Assembly: GCA_918797485.1 (NCBI GenBank)
Contig: CAKKNE010000002.1
Coordinates: forward strand, 4,402,001-4,466,000
Reading direction: 5' to 3'
Source: Pelagomonas calceolata
Taxonomy: Eukaryota
Length of the DNA stretch: 64,000 nt
Part shown: positions 31,801-41,405 of the stretch, piece after piece
How the letters are laid out: the number at the start of each line of letters is the position of its first letter
Numbering within the stretch: position 1 is the stretch's first letter
Translations under genes and position numbers: made by a program
Notes under the pieces: model-generated
The model's database searches: none
What the model was told of the DNA's origin: nothing
The model's input: the letters and a program-made list of their open reading frames with translations, nothing else

Positions 31801-34003
31801 ACGCCGCTCCCGTGAGCTCCTTCGAGTCCGAGGATGGAGAACGAGCGTGGTCGCTCCTCAACAAAACACAGAGCGGCTTCACGAGAGCAGGCCCGAAGCC
31901 GCGCGCGTCGATGCGAGAAGCTTCGACATCCTCACAGTTATCCTTCGTGAGCTTCCAGACCAATTCCAACATCTCCCGCCGCGCTTGGACGCCGTTCTCA
32001 TCTCTCATATCCATTTGTTCTTCCGGCGATTCGTTGACGAGTACAGAAACCACGGCCTTCTCAACAGCCCCGCGATCGAGCAACTCCCCAACACTGGGCT
32101 TGGGGATGGACGCCGCGCCCAACAAGAGGATGCGCAGCGCCGTCGACGCGGCGCACGTAAACGCGTCGACGCCACCCTCTGCCAATAGCCTAGTGATAGC
32201 ACATAGCGTCCCGAGGCACTTCCGCTTGAGCAATGGTGAATCCTTGGCGTACTTGCCCTTCTTTGAACATGATCCAGCCCAATGCCTGGCTAATCGCGCC
32301 ACCGCAATGGCGCCGAAGCCGACGACGTTTCTTCTTTCTCTATTGTCCCTATAAGCCTTGCCGGTCAATGCGAAGCTGTCGATGAACGGCTGCACATGGC
32401 TCACATCGTTCCAGGCGTTCGGTTTCAAAACCACGGAGCAGGGGTCGTAGCCGCCCCTGCTCAAAATTTCCAGGCTACAAGCTACCGGTTCTAAAACCTG
32501 AGACGTATACGTCTCGGACTTGAGGAGTTCACATAGCACCCGGAAACAATTCGTCGACAAAGCTGCCTTCCTCCCGTTCTCCGTCTTGATCGCCTCCGGT
32601 AAAGCTCGCGTCACGCGCTCGTCCAAGGAAGGCAGTAATTCACCGAGCACGCTCAGGATCCACTTTTCCACGCTCTGATAGGAGACGCCCCGCGCGATGA
32701 CGCGGGCGTGGGCGCTCGCGACGGCCCGCGCGACCTTGGGTTGAGTGAGATCGACGCACCGCTTCGTGAGGTCCAATAAACGCTCGACGTCCGGGACTTC
32801 CGCGCATGAAAGCGACGCGCAGGCGTCCGCCGCTTTGGCGGCTATATGCGCGGTCTCGAAGTCCTCTTCGTTTAAGGATCTTTCGACAAGTAATGCACAG
32901 GCATCTACACACAATGTGGCGCCCGGGTATACGCCTGTCAGGGCGGGATCGCTCGCGAGGACGCCGACGGACGCCGCCGCTAAGCGAGCGTCGTCGCACG
33001 CGAGTAAGGGTGCCAGCGCCGCGAGCGCGCCGGAAGCTGCCGTGACGGCCGGCGCCGGGGCGCTCGCCACGTCCTCGGGCGCCGGCGCCGGCGCGTCGGT
33101 CGCCTCCGGCTCCGGAAGCACCACCGCTTCCTCTTCAATATCACTCGCGACACACAAATGCTCCCTGACTTCAGAGGAAGCCACGGTCACGCCGAACAAC
33201 AAACCACCTAAAGCTAGCGTCGAACGAAATAAAGCCGCGCTCGTCACCAACGCGCGCAGTCCTCGTTCCGACGCCAGCACCTCGGTCCGCACGGCGTCGT
33301 CGCGGTGCGCCAAGGCCACCAAACAACCCAATGCAACGTCGCACCTTCTTTCTACAGCTCCGACCAGAGCGGAGGCCAATCCTCTTCGGACCAGTTCCCG
33401 ACAAATACCCTCGTCGGCCTCGCACAAGCGCCAGGCCGCGCGACACGCCGCGATGCGTATCGCCGGATCCTCGGACAATACATTTGAAGCAACTTGCCTT
33501 GCTAAAGACCCGCACGACGTGGCGTTCGACGGCTCGTGCGCGAACTCCCAGCACGCATCTAGGGCAGCTTCCAGGTCGTAGCCCTCACTTAATCTTTGAG
33601 CTAATTGTTTGCCGCACTTTCTCGCACGGCTGCGGTAGCGGCTCTTGCAGCCGTGGTCCCAGGCCTCGATCACGTGGCGCCAGTCGTCCTCCAGCGCTAA
33701 ATTGAGACTTCTTTTGGGCGCCTTCTTCCACTTGTCGCACCACGCTTCCAGAGAGAGTCTATGTCCATCTCCTAACACTAATGGAGCCCACGCGTCGCCG
33801 ACGCCCTTCGGCGTCGGGTACCACCATTCATAATCTTCCGAGGGCGCCGCCTTAAACAACGTCGGCATGACCTTCATCCAGCTCCCTATGTCACTGGTTG
33901 CGACGAGGTGGTCCTCGCTGCCCTCCTGGTCTTTCGTAACCCTCAAGACCATCTGGCCTCGCGGGCAGCTGCTGGCGCGGATCATCTTCGAGGTCTCGGC
34001 CAT
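28826..34003 (-). CDS. Large (1725 aa) armadillo-repeat-like protein of unknown function
   Basis: Uninterrupted ORF; ARM-like helices (AALHALLNLS, AVSLLANLS). Confidence 0.7.
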   Translation of the reverse strand: MAETSKMIRASSCPRGQMVLRVTKDQEGSEDHLVATSDIGSWMKVMPTLFKAAPSEDYEWWYPTPKGVGDAWAPLVLGDGHRLSLEAWCDKWKKAPKRSLNLALEDDWRHVIEAWDHGCKSRYRSRARKCGKQLAQRLSEGYDLEAALDACWEFAHEPSNATSCGSLARQVASNVLSEDPAIRIAACRAAWRLCEADEGICRELVRRGLASALVGAVERRCDVALGCLVALAHRDDAVRTEVLASERGLRALVTSAALFRSTLALGGLLFGVTVASSEVREHLCVASDIEEEAVVLPEPEATDAPAPAPEDVASAPAPAVTAASGALAALAPLLACDDARLAAASVGVLASDPALTGVYPGATLCVDACALLVERSLNEEDFETAHIAAKAADACASLSCAEVPDVERLLDLTKRCVDLTQPKVARAVASAHARVIARGVSYQSVEKWILSVLGELLPSLDERVTRALPEAIKTENGRKAALSTNCFRVLCELLKSETYTSQVLEPVACSLEILSRGGYDPCSVVLKPNAWNDVSHVQPFIDSFALTGKAYRDNRERRNVVGFGAIAVARLARHWAGSCSKKGKYAKDSPLLKRKCLGTLCAITRLLAEGGVDAFTCAASTALRILLLGAASIPKPSVGELLDRGAVEKAVVSVLVNESPEEQMDMRDENGVQARREMLELVWKLTKDNCEDVEASRIDARGFGPALVKPLCVLLRSDHARSPSSDSKELTGAACRVLLRLCCETAVGARELEQNGSDVVTEVLRCLEPGNNALIQETALFSVQLLAARDRRLGVRLAKQGSKRIAALLSTEHTHDVRKAALHALLNLSVAKDACWPVAKHALEPTLDASDEPSELRTYAVSLLANLSRDARVCYQIHLRKLRVDFGNCGRKKLAKLNKPSQSSITSSLRNKLTKYDNVQRLFEDSVCTVRSTDVVSNPIDLAAANARRLEAKRQLSAMPNSLWTQPKGDKTIRKMLKDAVQRPRTAPLLSRGGVQFETPLLREAPRMGSFRVGPAHDKGGVSPWNPVVARGAAAPKLGKRCVLAPGGARNTFRFPPGLATGNDGETQLCCFKSCVGAKLYVGDCPTFFLPRKRDDEVDDVPEDDLDGPEVSAASKALRNLSFAKAIGKFKATLDDKDDDETEYTAYHLFRSTRVACEVLHPGQWRDGTPPPGWVPDDHENEFAMVFMEKPPSCILIRAPFPPHAPSVTRHYMSELEQAPPGSWGRLAPCPLCLFCTKRPVIPVEEEVAPEPESTWTLEASIWAPRKLESDARDFYDTPKVLHRGFAKDWTYLTQMPRFPNFAKRLAGYSMRDAKEAPASVIEAIKHGAEVLYGALLPILKHYAAVDLASNNAFDLNMTDWIAYLRATDCFDDDEQSPTHFTPEHAQIVFRQCKVEIGVSKEMRAVNDDEHLCRYEFLDANLRVVEAKYDLDHEPPDSHSREDHILESVERFRDEHLSKLPYELHECPDTFRRESLYNEEVDIQLWKYDKILKGIWRAYGNQYRHAGRAKFSPNVFAEFLTKCMLCHNSDARVAARRSFAFGRTFFVDTCDAGYKELTYINFLEALCRFVHVEVEVPLFGHLREIGVNELCEFYEVLHFRATNGADAVHAINELRRMLTPDTELTLAEKLALVLPHMLACFSVTCGGDFETKLDHVRLNTLLTEEQKQKWIKKKCHISRGDCEHVLALDEFKAVTHAVDKKHVFAEAVQLKKSAEKGVSDGAGVW

Positions 34004-34373
34004 TGCTTGACACTGTGGTACCTCGGTAGCACAGCCAGGTCACGCTGGGGCGCCGCGCGCGCTGCCCCGCGCTGTCATCTCGAGGCAGCGCGTTTAATGC
34101 GCTCCTGCGGAGGCAGCTATGCGCCGCGGATGGCGGCCCGCGACGACGCTGCTCTGCAGCGCCTCTCTGCAGCACAGCGCAATCCCGACCGCGAGCCTAG
34201 CGCCGCGAGTCCCTCCGGGCGACCCTGAGCACTCTTCTCATTGTTGCGTAGGGCTGGCACCGGTGAATCTAGCGGTCCGGCCGCTAGCATCGAATGGCAG
34301 AGACAGAGAGGGCCTAGCAATCAATTGCAATAAACAGAGCTACCCGACACGGTGGGGCTGCCCAACTTGCGGG

Positions 34374-35498
34374 ATGATCCTCACAAAATGCGCCGTCTGC
34401 GCCACCGAGCTCGGCTTATCATTGGGCAAGAAATGTGGGCGCTGCAGCACACGCTACTGCGGCGCTGAGTGCCAAAAACAGCACTGGGAATCGGGCGGCC
34501 ACGACACGCTCTGCAAAAAAATAAAAAAGGCTGGTGGCGCGGAGCAGTACAACGCAAATGAGAAGTACACGGCGGCCGTCGCGGTCGCGGCGGAGGCGTG
34601 CGCGGCAGACACGAAGGGGCAGACGTGCTACATCTGCACGCAGGCGCTCCATTGGAAGACGAAGGAGGGCCTCGTGCGAATGTGCGCGTGCCGCGGGACG
34701 GCGGGCTTCGCGCACCTGTCGTGCTTGGCGGAGCAGGCGAAGCTTTTGAATGATGAGGGCGAGGAGAACAACTTGTCTCCCGAGGGGAGGTGGCGGCGGT
34801 GGGTCACGTGCAGCTTGTGCAAGCAAGATTACCACGGCGTCGTGCAATGCGCGCTCGGGTGGGCGTGCTGGAAGACGTACGTGGGCCGGCCGAAGACATG
34901 TAGGCCTCGGGTCTGGGCGATGACCGTGCTTGGGAACGGTTTAGGCGAAGCAGAGCAAGACGAGGACGCGCTGGTCGTGCAAGAGGCCGAGTTGTCTACG
35001 AAGCGGCGCGTTGGCGAATCAGAATACAACATTCTCGTCGCGCAGAGCAATCTAGCGATCACGTATGAAAATCTGGAACGGTTGGACGAAGCCTTGCGTT
35101 TAAAGCGAGACGTATACACTGGATTCTTGAAGCTCTTCGGCGAAGAACATGAACAAACCCTCCGAGCGGTCAACAACTACGCAACGTCCCTTGTTCGTCT
35201 AGAGCGCTTTGGAGAAGCCAAGTCGCTGCTACGCAAAACAGTGCACATGGTGCGACGCGTCCTTGGAGAGAGTGACGAGACCACGCTCCGGTTTAGGTCT
35301 TCGTACGCGGCTGCGCTCTGCCAGGACGACTGCGCCACGCTCGGCGACCTCCGCGAGGCCATGACGACGCTGGAGGACGCGGGACGGATCGCGCGGCGCG
35401 TGCTCGGCGGCGCGCACCCGTTGACAGGGGCGATTGAGCGCCATCTAGAATGGTCGCGAGCAGCGCTCGCCGCCCGCGAAGATACTAAGATTAAATAA
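34374..35498 (+). CDS. MYND zinc finger + RING-CH-like finger + TPR-like repeat protein (expanded family)
   Basis: CAVC..CGRC..YC...CQKQHW..H..C; CYIC..CACRG..GFAHLSC; DLREAMTTLE..RRVLGGAHP. Confidence 0.8.
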   Translation: MILTKCAVCATELGLSLGKKCGRCSTRYCGAECQKQHWESGGHDTLCKKIKKAGGAEQYNANEKYTAAVAVAAEACAADTKGQTCYICTQALHWKTKEGLVRMCACRGTAGFAHLSCLAEQAKLLNDEGEENNLSPEGRWRRWVTCSLCKQDYHGVVQCALGWACWKTYVGRPKTCRPRVWAMTVLGNGLGEAEQDEDALVVQEAELSTKRRVGESEYNILVAQSNLAITYENLERLDEALRLKRDVYTGFLKLFGEEHEQTLRAVNNYATSLVRLERFGEAKSLLRKTVHMVRRVLGESDETTLRFRSSYAAALCQDDCATLGDLREAMTTLEDAGRIARRVLGGAHPLTGAIERHLEWSRAALAAREDTKIK

Positions 35499-35586
35499 GG
35501 TTACACGCGACTCGATTCGACAGTCGACAGGGGGTTGGGCGCGGCGATTTACGTGTCCCGCGTCGGCGGGGCACGGCTGCGATCGC

Positions 35587-36909
35587 TCACGCGCGCACTA
35601 CGGAGATGGGCGCGGAATTCGCGCGCTTGGGGGCGGTGGCGTTCTCCTTTTCAGCAACAGGTAGCGTCGTACTACGTTTGAGCACGCGCTTGACGTTGTT
35701 GGAGGTTGGGAGGTCGCGAAGAAGGCGTCCTCGGCCATCAGCAACATCAATGGAAGCGCCGTGCCGCAGCAGCAAGTCGACGCAGGCCTTGTGTCGCCGG
35801 TCCTTTTCAAAGCGCGCCGCCAGGGCAGCTACATGCAATGCCGTCGCGCCGTTCGAATCCCTCAAATCGACGTCGGCGCCCAGCTCGAGCAGCGCTGTCA
35901 TTGCTTCCAAATGCCCATACATAGCGCACTTGTGGAGCGCGCCGGTTTTGACGTCGCCCTCAGACGAGAGCACGTCGACGGACTTCCGAAACTCATCGAA
36001 CCGGCCCGCGCGCTTAATCAGGTCCGCGGCGTCGGCGATGGCCGCGAAGTGCAACGCCGTGTAGCCGTTGCCCGGGCGCCGCGCGGCGCTCGCGAGCACG
36101 CCCTTCTCCCGCAACGCGTCCGCTACGACCTCAAACGCATTCGGGGAGTTCTCCTGCGCCGCGAGGAGCAACGGTCGCAGCTTCTGCGCGTTCTGGACCT
36201 GTTGGTACTCGGCCTCGGCGGCGATGAGCACCCGCACGATCGTCCCCGCGTCGTACTTGCAAGCCTGCAAGAGCGGTGTGAGGCCCTCGTCGTTTTTTAC
36301 CTCGGTAGGCGCACCCGCGACGAGCAAAGCGCCGACCTCGAGCTCCATCTGCGTCATTCGCGCGTGGTCGCGCTTTGCCCGTGCTCTATACCAGTTCGCA
36401 ATCCGCACGTGTAACACGCCGTCTCCTCTAATATCAATGTAGTCCAGGCCCTCCCTAATATTCGGTCCGGGCTTCTCGAAGGGCTTGCCTAACCGTGTGG
36501 CTGCGAGCGTCGCTTCGTGGTCCAGTTCCGCCTGGCTGATCGTGCTGAGGAGCGGCATGAGCTCAGCGCCGTCGAGGGCCAACGCGCGCCACCCAGCCGC
36601 GACGGCGTCCTCGTAGCGGGCGGTGTGCGGCTTCGACGGCTTCCTCGTCTTCTCTCTGAAACGCAGGAGGACGCTCCGCAGCTTGACCGCCTCGGCGCGG
36701 TGGCGTTTTAGTTTATTGAGCCGCTCGCGGCTCCAGGCCGTGAGTTCCTTCATTTCTACTGCGTCGGGGCGCCGCGCCGCCTCCTCGACGCCCTCGTCGA
36801 GGATCGCGACGTCGCAGGCGCAGCCAACACAACCCTCGTCCTCCGAGTCGGAGTCGCCGCTCCCGGCCTCGGGGTAGACGCAGGCAAGCAACGTCTCCAA
36901 CGTCTCCAT
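35587..36909 (-). CDS. Ankyrin-repeat protein
   Basis: GLTPLLQA, GYTALHFAA, GATALHVAA. Confidence 0.78.
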   Translation of the reverse strand: METLETLLACVYPEAGSGDSDSEDEGCVGCACDVAILDEGVEEAARRPDAVEMKELTAWSRERLNKLKRHRAEAVKLRSVLLRFREKTRKPSKPHTARYEDAVAAGWRALALDGAELMPLLSTISQAELDHEATLAATRLGKPFEKPGPNIREGLDYIDIRGDGVLHVRIANWYRARAKRDHARMTQMELEVGALLVAGAPTEVKNDEGLTPLLQACKYDAGTIVRVLIAAEAEYQQVQNAQKLRPLLLAAQENSPNAFEVVADALREKGVLASAARRPGNGYTALHFAAIADAADLIKRAGRFDEFRKSVDVLSSEGDVKTGALHKCAMYGHLEAMTALLELGADVDLRDSNGATALHVAALAARFEKDRRHKACVDLLLRHGASIDVADGRGRLLRDLPTSNNVKRVLKRSTTLPVAEKENATAPKRANSAPISVVRA

Positions 36910-37290
36910 GGCGCGTCACGGTCGTCCCGGTGGGCCCACGGGATCAAACGCGGCGCTCCGCTGGCAGCCGGTGCTCTACAAGCTCGTATGAGGGTGGTAC
37001 AGCCTTGGTCAAGCAGGTGCTTGCTGGCCCCGCAAGGGCTGCCCGCCGCCGAGCGCTGCTCGCAGGGGTGCAGCGACGGGCGCAAGCAGGTTGCCCTGCA
37101 GCCCTGCGCGCCGCGGGCAGTCAAATGACCCAGGCCGCCGGCTGATCGGAGCGCCATCTCCGCGTCGGCGCGCCGGGCCGGGGACCGGAGGAGGCGTCTA
37201 CAAAGCCGGCCAGGAGTCCTTGTCCCGTGCCACGACCGCCGCGTCGAATCGAAGCCAAAACGCGGACGACCGCAAGACACACAACAATAC

Positions 37291-39327
37291 TTAGGCCGGC
37301 GCCGTGAACGTCGTGAACGTCTCCGGCACCTGTAACACACCGCGAGAGGCACGATCGACCAGATCCGAGATGTTGGCAGAAGCCAGGTTCGCCGCCGCGC
37401 CGCCCTTCGACGCCGCCGCGACGCCGCCCAGCAACTGCAGCAGCTCGCCGGCGGGCCGCCCGTAGGCCTTCAGCAAAAAGGGCGCCGCCGTCTCCAGGAA
37501 CGCTACGAGAGGAGGCAATGCCGCGTCGGCCTCGGCGAAGGAGTCGTTCGCCGCGCGCGCGAGCCAGCACCACGCGGCTCCTAAACCTCCAAAAGGATGG
37601 CCTCGCATGGACGGCGTGTCCACAATACACAGCGCAGCACACAACGCCGCCGTTTTTGAGGCATCAGGGCCTTCGCACGGCTTCGATAGTGATGAGGGAG
37701 ACGCGTCCCGGAGCTTGGCCTGAAACAATTCTCGTCTGAAGGACGTAGTATCCTTGGCCACGAACTCGCAGACGCAGGCCGCGAGGGCCCAGACGTCCTT
37801 GCGTCGATCGAAGGTCTCTCCAGTTAATTTCTCGAGGAGCTTGTCGCAGGCCAAGTGGGCGGCAAATCTAGATACGGTCCCGTCGTCGACGCCGCATTGC
37901 TGCAAGGCGGCGCCGTGGGCGACATGCAACGGCTGCGACGCACTACCTCCACCGAAAGCACCGAAGGGGTTCGACGGCGCCTTCGTCTTGCGGCCGAGGG
38001 GATCCTCGACGAGGTCACTCAACGTTTCGGCGCACTTGAGGGCCGAGGCGCAGTCGTTGCCCACGCTGTTGACGGCGGCGCCGACCTTCTTTTTGAGGGC
38101 CCGCGCGAGGGGCTTTAAGGTTGTTTGTGACGTGAAATTTGCTGCGGCTAGCTGGGCCTCGGTCTGCGCGGCTCGGGCTCGGGTTTCGGCGTCGGCGGTG
38201 GACGGCGCCGGCGCGGCCGGCGTCGTCACCGGGGTCGCCGCGGGAGCGCCAAACCCGCCGAGCTGCGCCGCGTACTTCTTCTGGAGCCGCGCTATTAATT
38301 CAGCCTCGCGGCCCGCGTATTTGGCCAGTAAATTGTCGACCTCGCCGAGCTTTGTGGGGTTGCACTTCTCGTAGATCGCGACGACTTGTGATCGAGCGTC
38401 GCCGCCGCCGGTCCCGACGGCCGGCGCCGCGGGCGCGGCCGGCGTGGCGGGGGCCGCTGCGGGAGCGGCGGCCGGAGCACCGAAGGCCGGCGCGGCGGCC
38501 GGCGCCGGCGCCGGTGCACCGAACGCCGGCGCCGGCGCCCTCGCCACCGGCACGGCCGCGAGCTGCTTCAAAGCGTCGTCGAGCTTTGAGATTGCGTCGG
38601 AGGCCGCTCTTCCCGCCTGAGACGTTTCCGTCAGCAAACCGCACTTTCTACTTTTCAGCAGCGCGAGCTGCTCTGTCAAACCGCGGCGCGCCTCCGTGAA
38701 GGCCTCCTCCGTTGTGGCTTTCCGAGCACTGCTCAGGTGTTTCAGGATGGCAGCCACACACTCTTTCGCGCGTTTTATCGTCGAGAGGTCCTCGTCCCTC
38801 AGACCATCTAACGCCTCCAAACTCTCGAGGTCGTCCCAGGCCTCCGGCGAAGATAGCACTTGACGCGCCTCGTGCTGGAGCTTCGCCGCGGCCTCGGCCT
38901 CCTTCCGGCGGCTCCGTTCGTGCTCAATCGCCTCGCACCGTTTTTTGGACTCGGCGTGCCTCAAAGCTGCCTCGCGCCGCGCCCGCTCCATGTCCCGTCT
39001 TATATCTTGATCTTGGCGCTCCTTTACTTCGAGCGCGGCTTTGTCGGCGAGTTCCAGCGCCCTCATAGCAGCTTCTGGTGGAGGGCAGTCGCCGGCGTCG
39101 CCCAACGCTTGAATTCTAGCGCGGAAGGGCGCTAGCTTTTTCTCAGAACGTTTCTGCGCTTCCCTATCTCTTAACAGCTGTAATTCCAAAGCGCACTGCC
39201 TTAAACGGCAGGGCGGCGGCTGCTGTATCGGCGGCGGTTCGCTCTTGAGGAACTGGCGCGGCGGTGCCTTGGCTATGACCGCTGCGTCGTCGTCCGAGGA
39301 GTCCTCGCCGAGGCTGAAGCGGACCAT
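37291..39327 (-). CDS. GLE1: GLE1-like mRNA export factor with coiled-coil and AFGAPA repeats
   Basis: C-terminal HPFGGLGAAWCWLAR..FLE.A...L..YG resembles the GLE1 domain. Confidence 0.6.
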   Translation of the reverse strand: MVRFSLGEDSSDDDAAVIAKAPPRQFLKSEPPPIQQPPPCRLRQCALELQLLRDREAQKRSEKKLAPFRARIQALGDAGDCPPPEAAMRALELADKAALEVKERQDQDIRRDMERARREAALRHAESKKRCEAIEHERSRRKEAEAAAKLQHEARQVLSSPEAWDDLESLEALDGLRDEDLSTIKRAKECVAAILKHLSSARKATTEEAFTEARRGLTEQLALLKSRKCGLLTETSQAGRAASDAISKLDDALKQLAAVPVARAPAPAFGAPAPAPAAAPAFGAPAAAPAAAPATPAAPAAPAVGTGGGDARSQVVAIYEKCNPTKLGEVDNLLAKYAGREAELIARLQKKYAAQLGGFGAPAATPVTTPAAPAPSTADAETRARAAQTEAQLAAANFTSQTTLKPLARALKKKVGAAVNSVGNDCASALKCAETLSDLVEDPLGRKTKAPSNPFGAFGGGSASQPLHVAHGAALQQCGVDDGTVSRFAAHLACDKLLEKLTGETFDRRKDVWALAACVCEFVAKDTTSFRRELFQAKLRDASPSSLSKPCEGPDASKTAALCAALCIVDTPSMRGHPFGGLGAAWCWLARAANDSFAEADAALPPLVAFLETAAPFLLKAYGRPAGELLQLLGGVAAASKGGAAANLASANISDLVDRASRGVLQVPETFTTFTAPA

Positions 39328-39688
39328 CGTTTCTTCTTCGGGCCGCGCGGGCAGCGCTGCAGCGTTTTGCGGTGCTTGTGGCTCCCAACCCAGTCTTTGA
39401 GCGGCGCGCGCTAACCAGTCCCGTTTTTTTACGAGCGATGCCTTCGAGCGAAGGCTCGGGCGCGCGTACGTCGCGCTGGAGCGCCGAATGAAGCCACAAA
39501 TGGCTTTGCGCGGCCGCGCCGCAAACACCTCCGGGGTAAGTCTACCATACCGATATCTTACTGATACCTTCCCCGGCGGCCGAGCGGCACTCATCCGCCG
39601 CGCCGCGGCTCTCGGGCCGCTGCGAACGACTTTGCAGCGCACCCGGGCAGCCCCCAGGCGCCGTCGACGCTGCCCCACCACAGCGACG

Positions 39689-40075
39689 ATGCCCGAGAAG
39701 CGCCTCACGCGAAGCAACCACCGGACCCAGCAAGCATTAACAAATCACCCGGCCATCATCGCCTATGTGTGTGTAGGACTCGTCTTTTGTATTGTAAGTT
39801 GCTTCAAAGTCTTCGGCCATAGACGGAGGAGAAAGTTCAGCAAGAAGCAATTGGACCGGTTGCGGGACTGGCGCGATGGGCGCGCGGAAACCAAAGTAGA
39901 ATCCCAAATACGCAAGATGAAGGACAAACTCAAGACCATGAAGCAGCGGCGACGGTTAGAAAGAGGGAGAGATGCGCATGAGCGACTGTTGGACGAGGCG
40001 GAGGCGCGGCGGGACGCTCGAGGTCGAGAGGTCTACGGCGACGAGTGGGACAATCCGGACAACGACGGTACGTAG
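39689..40075 (+). CDS. Small single-pass membrane coiled-coil protein (may splice to the 40284 ORF)
   Basis: Hydrophobic segment IIAYVCVGLVFCIVSCF followed by a charged coil; GTACGT donor near the end. Confidence 0.5.
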   Translation: MPEKRLTRSNHRTQQALTNHPAIIAYVCVGLVFCIVSCFKVFGHRRRRKFSKKQLDRLRDWRDGRAETKVESQIRKMKDKLKTMKQRRRLERGRDAHERLLDEAEARRDARGREVYGDEWDNPDNDGT

Positions 40076-40283
40076 ACAGCGTCCTTTCAACGAGTGCGTG
40101 CTTGCATTGCGGTGCAGCACCCGAAGACGTCGGTCCCTGTTGAGGGAGTCTCTCCACCAAAGTTCGGTGACGAACATCAATACCAAAAAATGAGAATAGG
40201 TCAAGACTGATACGTCGTGACGACGAGAGACGCCCGAGAACATCACCGAGAGAGAGAGTTTCAGACGACGCGCGCCGCAGTGT

Positions 40284-40712
40284 ATGATCGTCAAACGCGC
40301 AGGCGTGCCCATCCGCGACCTGTTTGCGCTCAGCGACGGCGAAGTAAGGCAGTTGCAGCTCGAAGCGCGCAATAAACGAGCTCTGGACGCGGCGAAGAAG
40401 CTTGAACTCGTGGAACGGTCAAAACCCAAACCGCCGCCCGGGCCGCCGCCTCCCACGAAGAAGCCGCCGCCGCCCCCGGGACCGCCGCCGGGCGTCTACC
40501 CCTTCACACCTAGACCGCCGGAGATCCCAGCAGGTACTCGGTTCGTGTCGACGCCGCGCGAGGCGTTCGGCGGCGTCGAGGAGGAGAAGGGCGGGAGTGC
40601 TGTTCAACAGCTCCGGGCGCGGCTCCAATCACCACGACGTGGACCGCGGGGGCCTCCACCCCGAGGACCGCCGCCGCCGGAGCGCGGCGCGCGCGGGCCC
40701 CAGCTTGTGTGA
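40284..40712 (+). CDS. Proline-rich ORF, possibly the 3' exon of the preceding gene
   Basis: PPPGPPP repeats; coding-like composition. Confidence 0.45.
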   Translation: MIVKRAGVPIRDLFALSDGEVRQLQLEARNKRALDAAKKLELVERSKPKPPPGPPPPTKKPPPPPGPPPGVYPFTPRPPEIPAGTRFVSTPREAFGGVEEEKGGSAVQQLRARLQSPRRGPRGPPPRGPPPPERGARGPQLV

Positions 40713-40868
40713 GTAATGTGTGTAGTTTGATGAGGTCTGGCGCGTCCGTCGCGGTCCGGTTGTTGGGGGCGGTTTCTTCGGGAGACGCGAGCTTGGGTGG
40801 TTGTCGTGGGCGCTGGTGAAGTTTTGGCGTCTTAGGAGGCCTGCAGATACGTGTCTGGACCGATCGTA

Positions 40869-40890
40869 GCTAGCGGTAGTAAGACACTAG
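40869..40890 (-). promoter_or_regulatory. CTAG-bounded motif copy (CTAGTGTCTTACTACCGCTAGC)
   Basis: Minus-strand consensus match upstream of the 41406 gene. Confidence 0.72.
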
Positions 40891-41405
40891 ACGGCCCAGC
40901 CCAAATTGACTGTGTTTTATCGCGGCCGCGAGTGCTGGCGGAGCACTGAGGGGCCAGCCAAATGGCCTAGTTTTAGCTTTGGAAAATCCGATAAGGTTTT
41001 AAAAAGACCGCTCGGGCCCTAACTTGTGCGGCGGCGGCCCGCGGCGTGCGTAATAGGGCGGCGTCTGAAAAGCTAACAACAAAGCTGGCTTAACAAAAGC
41101 GCACCACGCCTTTTTGAAAAATAAATATGCAGAAGTGTTTGCAAGGTCGACGCGCGCCTGTGATAATTTTTTGGTGCATGTCAAGGGCCCGCAAGCGCTT
41201 GGCACCCAGCAACATTTTCGCGGTAGCACGCGCGCGGCCGCAGCACTCGAAGACCCAATGTGCAGTGGAATCGCCGCCGCACCGATGCTCGCGGCATACA
41301 CACGCATCCGAAACCGAGCGCTCGTTGCAAAACGGCTGCGGGAACCCCCAGCCACCCTCGTGACGTGCGAGACACGCGAAACCGCCCGCAGGTGACCTCG
41401 GCGCC

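Noticed and set aside
34269..34288. Palindrome CTAGCGGTCCGGCCGCTAG as a full motif copy
   Set aside because: Only two right-arm-like halves and no TGTSTTAC core; counted as a weak variant
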